Of a stretch of DNA of 64,000 nucleotides, positions 25,985 to 35,390 are shown one piece after another. The number at the start of each line of letters is the position of its first letter. Position 1 is the first letter of the stretch. The notes below the pieces were generated by a model. It did not search any database, was not told where the DNA came from, and worked only from the letters and a program-made list of their open reading frames with translations. The stretch is from Squalus acanthias (lineage: Eukaryota): NCBI GenBank assembly GCA_030390025.1, contig JASTWF010000033.1, positions 3,288,001-3,352,000 on the forward strand, given 5' to 3'. A program made the translations under genes and the position numbers.

Positions 25985-26982
25985 AACAGCAGTGAACTTG
26001 GTCCCCTCATCTATGATTTGTGTGATGGGACCAAATGTAATATATACAAGTTTGCTGACGATACAAAGTTGGCTGAGAATGTCAGTTGTGAGGAGGATAC
26101 AAGGAGGCTTCAAGGGATATAGACGGGCTAAGTGAGTGGGCAAGAACATGGCAAATGGAATATAATGTAGAGAAATGTGAAGTTATCCACTTTGGTAGGA
26201 AAAGCAGAAAAGCAGATTATTTTTGAAATAATGAGAGACTGGGAAATGTTGGTGTTCAGAGGGACCTGGGTGTCCTTGTACACGAATCATTGAAAGTTAA
26301 CAAGCAGGTCCAGCAAGCAATTAGGAAAGCAAATGGTATGTTGGCCTTTATTACAAGTGGATTTGAGTATAAGAATAAAGACTTCTTACTGCAATTTTAT
26401 GGGGCCCTTGTGAGACCACACCTGGAGTATTGTGTACAGTTTTGGTCTCCTTATCTAAGGAAGGATATACTTGCCATAGATGGAGTGCAACGAAGGTTCA
26501 CCAGACTGGTTCCTGGGCTGGGTTGATTGTCCTATTAGGAGAGATTGAGTTGACTCGGCCTATATTCTCTAGAATTTATAAGAATGAGAGGTGATCTCAT
26601 TGAAACATACAACATTCTTACAGGGCTTGACAGGTTGGATGCAGGGATGATGTTTCTCCTGGCTGGGGAGTCTCGAACCAGGGCTAACAGTCTCAGAATA
26701 AGGGGTTGGCCATTTACTACTGAGATGAAAAGAAATTTCTTCACTCAAAGGGTGGTGAATCTTTGGAAGTCTCTACTCCAGAGGGCTGTGGAAGCTCAGT
26801 CCTGGAGTATATTGAAGACAGAGAACGATAGATTTTTCAATATTAAATGAATCAATTATGTTCTTATGATATGGGGATAGTGCAGGAAAGTGGAGATGAG
26901 GTAGAAGATCAGACATGATTGTATTGAATGAAGGAGCAGGTTTGGAGGACAAATGGACTACTCCTGCTTATGTTCTTATGTG
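25985..26982 (+). mobile_element. CR1-type LINE 3' fragment inserted in the tRNA-Phe flank
   Basis: LVRPHLEYCVQFWSP and RGDLIETYNIL with tail cttatgttcttatg. The flanks are nearly contiguous in the paralogue at ~36450. Confidence 0.9.
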
Positions 26983-27121
26983 TAAACCACATCTGACCCT
27001 CTGGATCCAGATCCAGCTCCAGCCGCCCGCTGCCGGTTCAAGTCCGGTTGTGGTGACAGCGGCTCAGGGTCGCGCCTGCTGGTTTTATATCGGGACAGTG
27101 CTTGAGGGAGGGGCTGTTCAG

Positions 27122-28315
27122 CTTATGTGAGCGGTTCGAATCGACCAACACCCCTCCGGTTCCTAGACTTTGGGCTTATTTAGGGGTTGTGAACAAAATT
27201 GCAGTAAACAGGTTCTGATGAAAGAAATTTACTTTATTAAAAGAAAAAGGTAACAAACTTGAAACACACTTATTACTTAAACACAGATTCGGGGAACACA
27301 CGGTACAAGCGAGGGAGAATGACAATATATCAAACAAAACCTTATCCCTCCCAAAGATCACACTATCTGGCTAGGTTTTTGGTTTCAGGAGATATGGGAT
27401 AATGCTCACCAACGAATCCTTGACAGGATTTTAGAGTCTTTTGTTTAAAAGACTCTGTAAGGCCCTTGTTGCTGCGAGGTGTCCGATGGTCACTGAGGCA
27501 GTCGCTCTGGTTTCTTCTTGCGTGCTGGTTTGTTTTCTGGCCTTCTTCCTCGTGGCTTGTGGTAGGTTTTGCTGGAGCAGGGAGAGAGCTGTGTCCGCGT
27601 GGTCAGCCAGTCCGAAAGAGAGAGAAATTATGGCACAGGCTTTCAAATTATACTGTTTCTTTTTCGCGCCCAAAAAACCCTTATTAAAACGGATTCCTTT
27701 TGGTTGCAAATGAACCTTGCTTAGTCCAATTGTCTAGTTTTGGCGGGCTTGCCAGTTCCGATGGCTTTTGCTCAGTGTTAAACATGGCTTGATCGTTTTC
27801 CGATTTAAACACAGCCTTATCTACGCGCCAAATCTCCCCATATTGTCCCAGGTCTTTTGGCGGGCTTTTAAATCTGTTCTGTGGATACCTGGTTGATTGG
27901 GTTTTTTTTTGATGTGATAATGGCTATGAAACTGTGTGCTGGAAGTTTTATTGTCAGGATTCGATTTTAGTTTTCCAGCATCTTGTTTGCCCCTGGGGAT
28001 TCATATTTGAATGTGTTTGTGAGTTTTTGCTTTGTCTCTTGCACCTGGGTAGGATTTGTAGTGTAAACAATTCCCAGACAGGTGATTTGTTCACTGCCTG
28101 GCCACGCCCCTCACAGCTTGTGTCTGTGAAAGGTGTCTCTCCCAACAGTAAGATTGAAAAAGTCAGTTTCCTCAGGTTTTTTCTTCCCAGTTCTTTAGGT
28201 TTTTACATCAAATCACTTCACTTAGGCCCCATCATCCCAAGTTTGTATGAAAAGTCCAAAAATCACTCCCTTTAGGGCTCTGTTCGAGTTTCTGGGGGAT
28301 TTTGCGAAGCCTACA
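27122..28315 (-). repeat. 3' LTR, lacking the terminal 12 bp of U5
   Basis: Begins TGTAGG on the minus strand right after the PPT and matches 34197-35390. Confidence 0.95.
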
Positions 28316-28326
28316 TCCCCCACTTT
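28316..28326 (-). other. Polypurine tract
   Basis: Minus-strand AAAGTGGGGGA directly abuts the TG of the 3' LTR. Confidence 0.85.
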
Positions 28327-28611
28327 GATACTAAAACTGAATTAGTATCATTAACAGGTGAGCAAAATTTCCGATCCCCGAAAACCAACCTTCCCCTGTA
28401 TTACCTAAACTAAAAACCCAAACATACATTCCCCTTTTGAAAGTGATGTTTCAGGTACATACAGGTAAGAATCAATCTTTATTTCACCTCCAAGCACGGA
28501 GAGGGTCCGACACCCCTTCACAGCTTGGAAAAACACATCATACACATCATAAAAATGACACAACACACATACAAATTTTTCTATTAAAAGATAAAAAATT
28601 CAAGGTTTGTT

Positions 28612-30953
28612 CTATCCCTGGCCATAGCCTTTATTTTGATGCATTTCCCAAGTCCCTTCGTGTCTGGAGCGGAGCTCCCCGTCCCTTCCCCTGCACCTTG
28701 TACACAGCAGGTAGAGAACTATCCCGAGCTGGCAGACCACCAAAAGAAGGGAAGCCATCTTGCTCCAGGAAGGCACCTCTATATTCTCGAAAATATCCCA
28801 CCAGGGTGGAACTACTATATCCAAAATCTCTGCCCCTATTTCAACTGTTTTCTTTTCCAGGGTGTAGAAATGTTTTTGTGAAATCTCTACAGCTTTAAGT
28901 AGGATGGTAAGATGTTCGGGTAGAGGGGGAATTTTATTTCCAAAGTAAGTCACATACTTTTACAGGTTGGTGATGTTTTCTGTTACAGTGAGGTGAACAG
29001 TGGAGGGTTCAGGAATGGGGACAATCCGTTCCTGGGCCACTTGAACTTCTGCCTCGGGTTTAAAGCAGAAACTGCTGTCACTTACCAGACACCAGAAGTG
29101 TCCATGCTGGTAGTGGGACGCACCCGTGGTGACAAAATATGTCCCACCCCCAATATATGCTACCTGTGGGGAAACATGGCCGTGTGCCATCACCTCCATG
29201 GTACAATTGATAGGTCGTGCGCCAGCAGCTCTGAACCCGCATTGTGGTTTCGAACAGGCGTTCAAGTGCTGGGGACACAGTATTATGTGTGAATCCCGGC
29301 TCCGGCACCCAGAGAGGTCAGTACTTGTCATGGCGTGCTCCCACTTTATGACATAAGGTGGGACCGCTGTAAAAATGATGTGTGCACCCCCTTGAATGAC
29401 TCCAATGTTCTCCACCCTGTATACCGGTACGGGTCGGGCTGTCCCACTCATGACCGGCATTCTCACTACTATCCCCATGATATTGTGAATTGAACGCCCA
29501 CAATCCATTGGGACAGGGTAGGCTTCAGAGGCTAGACGAAATTGGCATGGGCTCAGCGAATTACTAAACGGGTGGAGGGCTGCGAGGTGCTTGTTGCTGA
29601 TCCAGGAGGGGACTAAACCTTGCTTTAAATTCTCCAGGTTGCTACGGCCCTCGCCCAGCAACCATGCCCCGTACAGCACACACACCTCATTCTGTGCAGC
29701 CTGATCCGATGCATTCCTATCCTCCCGTATGAGTGCATTTACTGTTTTGGCATGCCTTTCCAGTTCTGCAATAATTTCCTTTAAATGAACCATCATAGCT
29801 TGGTCGTCATGTAGCTCTGAGCCTACCACTGTGTTTCCATCCTTCAGGATCTTTCTTAACTGGGTTTTTAAAACATTTATCTGTGTCTGTAATTCCATGT
29901 CCTCCAGGCTATTTATTACATAGGACCCTGTACTATAGGCAGTGAAGACATCATTGCAGGCTCCCCTTCTTTGTCTACCCGTGCCCATAGGGTTCTCAGG
30001 GTGTATTCTGTATAGCTCTACTTTGTCTATATTGGCAAAATCAAATTTGTAAAATTTCCTAAACATTTCCTTTAGCAGGGCCTGGTACAGCTACTCCGTT
30101 TCCTTAGGACACCACTCAGGTAAGTATACCTCGGTAAGGTTTAATATTACTGAAGCTACTGCATAGTGTACCCCCTGGTATAGCACCTTTTCGGTTGGTA
30201 CTAGGACTAACCCATTCCCTCGTCCCTTGGTGGTGATAGGGCACTTTTCTTCCAGGGTTTTCGGTACCTGGGTCGTGGGTAGGGGCTTTCGGGTGTGTGC
30301 CACGAGTTCAGTGGCATTAACTGGGACCGGAATGTGTGGGACCACGCAACCATGCAGGCTAGAATCCCACCCTATCCCCTCCCCGGCATCTTGCCATTGG
30401 CTGGAGAAGATGATGGATACCCCTGTGGGGCAGGCTTCCTCTGATCCCCACATATAAACATAGACTCCCTGTTCGGACCCCCACCACTTATCCCAACAAA
30501 CACTAACTCCTCCTTGGTCCCTGTGATTGTCCGGTGGGTGTCGTTCCCTAATCTTTCCCAGTCGGCTGTATGGTCCCCTGCTTCCCTGCTCAGCTTCCTG
30601 AGTCAACACCACCTATTCAAGGGAATTCGTCCCTTACAGGTAAGGCACACACGCTTCCGCTCGGTGACACTGACCCTTGTGGCAACGACCTGTATTCTGG
30701 GGCATGGGAGGGATGCCTCCCCGTACGTGAACCCGGGCTGGTTGGAGTATTTAGTAGAGTTGGACCCCAGCCACCCTGGCCACCTTCCCTCGTGGAAGTA
30801 GATGGCGAGCTCCACCACTCCCCGCTCGCCACCCCCTGCGGTGACGACTGGTGCTCTCACTCCTGAGCACCCATAGATGTGGGAGTCCTCCACGTCACCT
30901 CGGTCACCGATGCTCACCCCTACCAGGGCGAGCAGGTGCAGAAACCTTGTCAT
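28612..30953 (-). pseudogene. env: env: ~780-aa F-like class I fusion glycoprotein, three stops and one frameshift
   Basis: Signal peptide MTRFLHLLALVGVSIG, RQRR|G cleavage site (~29965-29976), heptad region, Cys-rich TDLSGC...ILCP region, second heptad and TM MASLLLVVCQLGIVLYLLC. ORFs 30091-30612, 28960-30066 and 28612-28953 are in one frame; the upstream ORF stops at 30603. Confidence 0.85.
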
Positions 30954-31155
30954 CCCGAAGTCCTTTCTGTAGGGGCACATACAAAACATATATCCATGTC
31001 CCAGAAAGGTTGTCTGGCTGGATAATTAATCAAGCCCTTAAACTTAAATAAAACACTACAAACAACTAAACTAATGATAACCATAACCACCAAAACTGCA
31101 ATTACTTAAAACCGCAAAATTCTGTACATTTGCCGCCCGTCTCCGGACGGCCAGG

Positions 31156-32364
31156 TTAAATCCTGTTTAGTCTCTGCCTTATGTGGCCTCTGGATGGCTT
31201 GAACACCTGGGTGTAGAGCGGCCTGTACCGCCGGACCCAGAAGGCCTTCCTCAAAACCGCTGGGGGTATCTTAACATCCCAGCTGAGTCCTGTGCTGCAG
31301 CACACAACCCCCTTTGGTGTGGCTGCAGCGCCCTCGTTCATATCTGTGGGCTCCTCCCAGCCTGAGGCTGCAGGCAGGGGACCCTTCTCTCTCTCTTCTC
31401 CCAGTACTACCTCTACTGTGAAACCCTCACTGTTGGAGGCTGTAGGCTGGGAATCCCCAACTTTAGATCGCTCCCTGCTCTTGGGTGCTCTTTTTCGGGT
31501 TGTAACCCTCTTTGGGTGGGACCCTCTAAACAGATACACCTGTGGCCACAGTAGCCTTTGCTGTGGTGTGCGGGGAGACCTTATTAGGGCTCTGGCAACT
31601 GGGGGTGTGCTTGAGTCCCACATAATCGGTGGAGTGACCTCTCCTGTAAGACAACACACTGTCCCTCCCGCTGCAGCTTGTGCGTCAGCCACAGTTGTGG
31701 CTGGCTGCGGATTTCTAACTTGGGAGCAGTCCAGCTTTGCCGGCTGTTCCCTTTTAGGTTTAAACAGTTTGCACTGGTCAATCTCCCACCCGTGGATTCT
31801 CTGGGGTTCTAACAGCAGCCGATTTTTCTGGTGCTGGCTCCCCAGGCTACTGGCTGCCTGCCAGTGATTCTGTTTAAAAATCTCGTCCTCTACCCTGAAC
31901 GGACCTTCTAGGGACTCCCCACTGTCTCTCTCTACCAGGCCGGCTTTAAAGACGGGATTCTGGGCTTGGACCTGCTTTATGTCCGGGGGCAAAGCTACCC
32001 CCTGTGTGCCTCCCTTGTCTCGGATTGCAGCTACCGGACCTGCTTTATAGGGATCCCATAACTCTCCTTCCCTGGCCCCCTGCTTGGCAAACTTGTTGGC
32101 CTTTTGGTTAACCTGCCACGTGGTATGGAGGGATCCTAAATCTATGTCCAAAGGTTTGGACATTGCCCCAGCCTGCTTGTTCTCTTTGATTCCCATTAAA
32201 CTGTAGGGGACCCCGTTAAACCTGGGTGAATTGTTCAGGTCTTCTGAATGGAACACCGTGTTGGCCGCTCCGGTGTCCACTAAACATCTCCCCTTCACTT
32301 TCTCCACCCCCTTCTTAACATCGTATCCCGGGGAACACAGGCAGAAAGGCTGCGCTGGTTCCAG
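31156..32364 (-). CDS. pol: Protease / RNase H tail / integrase tail fusion (internally deleted Pol), open frame
   Basis: CLVDTGA (aspartic protease) is followed directly by NQKANKFAKQGA (RNase H N..AD.LAK-like), then DIKQVQAQNP, GPFRV and WEIDQCKLF (IN C-terminus). No YxDD RT motif and no DDE core. Confidence 0.75.
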   Translation of the reverse strand: MEPAQPFCLCSPGYDVKKGVEKVKGRCLVDTGAANTVFHSEDLNNSPRFNGVPYSLMGIKENKQAGAMSKPLDIDLGSLHTTWQVNQKANKFAKQGAREGELWDPYKAGPVAAIRDKGGTQGVALPPDIKQVQAQNPVFKAGLVERDSGESLEGPFRVEDEIFKQNHWQAASSLGSQHQKNRLLLEPQRIHGWEIDQCKLFKPKREQPAKLDCSQVRNPQPATTVADAQAAAGGTVCCLTGEVTPPIMWDSSTPPVARALIRSPRTPQQRLLWPQVYLFRGSHPKRVTTRKRAPKSRERSKVGDSQPTASNSEGFTVEVVLGEEREKGPLPAASGWEEPTDMNEGAAATPKGVVCCSTGLSWDVKIPPAVLRKAFWVRRYRPLYTQVFKPSRGHIRQRLNRI

Positions 32365-34182
32365 TCATAGGTCTGCGTTAGGGGGGGCAGATGGGATTAA
32401 TACACCAGTAGCTACCTTCCCTGGGCCATCAAACAGGACTCTGATGGCCGCTACTATTGTGTCCAGTGTGGGGGAAGAGGTCGGTGCCTCTACTTTTGGG
32501 GCAAAAGCTGGGGAATTCTTTGTTAGCATATCCTTCCAGGGATTCCTACAGTCCTTTCTCCAGTGCCCCCTCTTCCCGCACCCGAAGCAGTTACGCTTCA
32601 TGTCGGAAGATTTACCACCTTCCTGGTGCCACTCCTTCTTATCCTGACTGGGCTTTATCTCATGCACCTTCCCTTTCAGTGGGGTGTCTTCAGCTCCCCT
32701 ACAGTTCCGGTAGGCTAGGTTCATTTGCCTGACCACTGCCTCCTCGATAACCCGGGGATCTCTTGGGTCAAACCAAAGCTCAGCCTTGGCTTTTACTCGT
32801 GGCAAGCTGTTTGCCACTAGGCTACGGAGCCAGTAGGCCAGCTCGTCCCTGTTCAGGTTAGCCCTGTCGAGAGCCCCATTACAAGCACCCCTGTAGACCG
32901 GCCACAGTCTGTCTGCGAAAGCCTGTGGTGTCTCCCCTGCGAGCTGCACTGTTTTCTCCACCCGGGAGAAAGGACTTCCCTCATTCATTCTCATGGCCTC
33001 TAAAACTTCCTCCCTGAGGGCAGCATAACCGGTCTGTCCTCTCTTGCTCTCAGTAGAGAGTGACTGGTACAATTTGCCATCCAATGAGAACAGGAGCAAT
33101 TTTGCCATTTCGGCATCGTCACAATCGTTAATGGCTGCTGATTGTTCCACCTCCATGAAGTGGACTGAGGGGTCTTTCTTTTGGGTAAGTTTACTCAGGT
33201 GGCTTACCATAGCCCTAAACTGTTATGTACGTTGGGGAGCCAAGAATTGACTTTCAAGGGGTCCCTGACCTCCACCACCGGCGGGCGGGCAGAATTTTTA
33301 CTGACGTGCTGGGCACATTGGCCCTGGCTCTGACTTCTCCTGCATCGGTTCGCCCCCCTCTCCCTGCTGCCAAACCGAGTCAAAACTCGGCGCCACAGGT
33401 GCTGGTGTGCACTCCCTGTCAGCCTCACAGATTGTCTGCACCTCCTGCTGCCTAACCAAGCTTCTCCTTGGCGCCACAGGTGGTGGTCGAACAGTCTCCC
33501 CCTGCTCTTCCAGGTCTGTCCGGGCCGCACCTGGGCTTATCAGGCACAGCATGCCTTTTGTTTTGGACAGAGCAAGGTTCAGACTCTCAATCTGCTTCTG
33601 ACAGGGGCCGTGGTCCCCTACCTCAAACTCCCTTGTACTGGCTACTCTGTAGGCTGCCTGAACATGGTTTAACTTCTCTGTCAGTTCCCTTAATTGATTG
33701 TCAAGGCGGGTGTTCTCTTCCCTCAATGCCAGTTCACTACTTTTGGCCTCGGTGGCCTGACACTGGAGGTATCCCTTACTGGCACGGTGTTCATCCAGCA
33801 TCTGTGACTGTTCGTGATCTTTTGTGCCGAGCTCTGCTAAAAACCTATCCCCTGCTATAGCTCTGGCACGGGACAGTTGGATTTCTTCCTTTAGCTCTTC
33901 TGTGAGAGCCTGAATGCGCTTCCCCATAAGTTGCATTTGTTTCTGGGAGCAGAACAACCATATGGCTTTCTCCACAGACTTATTGTATTCCTTGCTCTCA
34001 GTCCATGCAGCTGCAGCGTCCATAGGACGTTCAGCATGCAACAGCCTGAGGACCCATTTCTTGGTGATATTTGCTTTTTTATATACATAGGATGACATCC
34101 TCTCTTCCATTTTTGTTCTCACCTCAAAACCAGCATTTACTGCTTCACAACCCTTTCGCCAAAGTCCTGCCATGGTCGCCAT
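32365..34182 (-). pseudogene. gag: gag: coiled-coil N-terminus, capsid-like region and CCHC knuckle; two in-frame stops
   Basis: ORFs 33298-34182 and 32365-33210 share a frame (TAA at 33298 and ~33223). CFGCGKRGHWRKDC lies at ~32549-32590, and there are long heptad-rich segments. Confidence 0.85.
34164..34181 (-). other. Primer-binding site complementary to tRNA-Arg(UCG)
   Basis: TGGCGACCATGGCAGGAC lies 3 nt after the LTR-terminal CA. It matches 16/18 to the complement of the vertebrate tRNA-Arg(UCG) 3' end as recalled (GTCCTGCCGCGGTCG-CCA). Confidence 0.8.
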
Positions 34183-34184
34183 TA

Positions 34185-35390
34185 TGTAAGGGGTATCTTA
34201 TGTGAGCGGTTCGAATCGACCAACACCCCTCCGGTTCCTAGACTTTGGGCTTATTTAGGGGTTGTGAACAAAATTGCAGTAAACAGGTTCTGATGAAAGA
34301 AATTTACTTTATTAAAAGAAAAAGGTAACAAACTTGAAACACACTTATTACTTAAACACAGATTCGGGGAACACACGGTACAAGCGAGGGAGAATGACAA
34401 TATATCAAACAAAACCTTATCCCTCCCAAAGATCACACTATCTGGCTAGGTTTTTGGTTTCAGGAGATATGGGATAATGCTCACCAACGAATCCTTGACA
34501 GGATTTTAGAGTCTTTTGTTTAAAAGACTCTGTAAGGCCCTTGTTGCTGCGAGGTGTCCGATGGTCACTGAGGCAGTCGCTCTGGTTTCTTCTTGCGTGC
34601 TGGTTTGTTTTCTGGCCTTCTTCCTCGTGGCTTGTGGTAGGTTTTGCTGGAGCAGGGAGAGAGCTGTGTCCGCGTGGTCAGCCAGTCCGAAAGAGAGAGA
34701 AATTATGGCACAGGCTTTCAAATTATACTGTTTCTTTTTCGCGCCCAAAAAACCCTTATTAAAACGGATTCCTTTTGGTTGCAAATGAACCTTGCTTAGT
34801 CCAATTGTCTAGTTTTGGCGGGCTTGCCAGTTCCAATGGCTTTTGCTCAGTGTTAAGCATGTCTTGATCGTTTTCCGATTTAAACACAGCCTTATCTACG
34901 CGCCAAATCTCCCCCTATTGTCCTAGGTCTTTTGGCGGGCTTTTAAATCTGTTCTGTGGATACCTGGTTGACTGTTTTTTTTTGATGGGATAATGGCTGT
35001 GAAACTGTGTGCTGGAAGTTTTATTGTCAGGAATCGTTTTTAGATTTCCAGCATCTTGTTTGCCCCTGGGGATTCATATTTGAATGTGGTTGTGAGTTTT
35101 TGCTTTGTCTCTTGCACCTTGGTAGGATTTGTAGTGTAAACAAATCCCAGACAGTTTGCTCTTTTCACTGCCTGGCCACGCCCCTCGCATCTTGTGTCCA
35201 TGAAATGTGTCTCTCCCAACAGTAAGATTCAAAAAGTCAGTTTCCTCAGGTTTTTTTCTTCCCAGTTCTTTAGGTTTTTACATCAAATCACTTCACTTAG
35301 GCCCCATCATCCCAAGTTTGTATGTAAAGTCCAAAAATCACTTCCTTTAGGGCTCTGTTCGAGTTTCTGGGGGATTTTGCGAAGCCTACA
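34185..35390 (-). repeat. 5' LTR (1206 bp)
   Basis: Minus-strand termini TGTAGG...CTTACA, TATAA at ~34723-34727 and AATAAA at 34308-34313. Confidence 0.95.

Larger units (their letters stand above)
27122..35390 (-). mobile_element. Endogenous retrovirus-like provirus (lokiretrovirus-like), non-autonomous: LTR-gag-pro/deleted pol-env-LTR
   Basis: Direct repeats offset by 7075 bp, PBS, PPT, CCHC Gag, DTG protease and a furin-site Env with a TM helix. The lineage assignment is an inference. Confidence 0.9.

Noticed and set aside
27431..27713. Short ORFs repeated at 34506-34788 as viral accessory genes
   Set aside because: They are identical only because they lie in the LTRs; they have non-ATG starts and no motifs.
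34201..34225. ggttcgaatcgacca as the PBS, or TGTGAG at 34201 as the LTR end
   Set aside because: It lacks an acceptor-stem match. A better 18-nt tRNA-Arg PBS and TG...CA terminus lie at 34164-34185.
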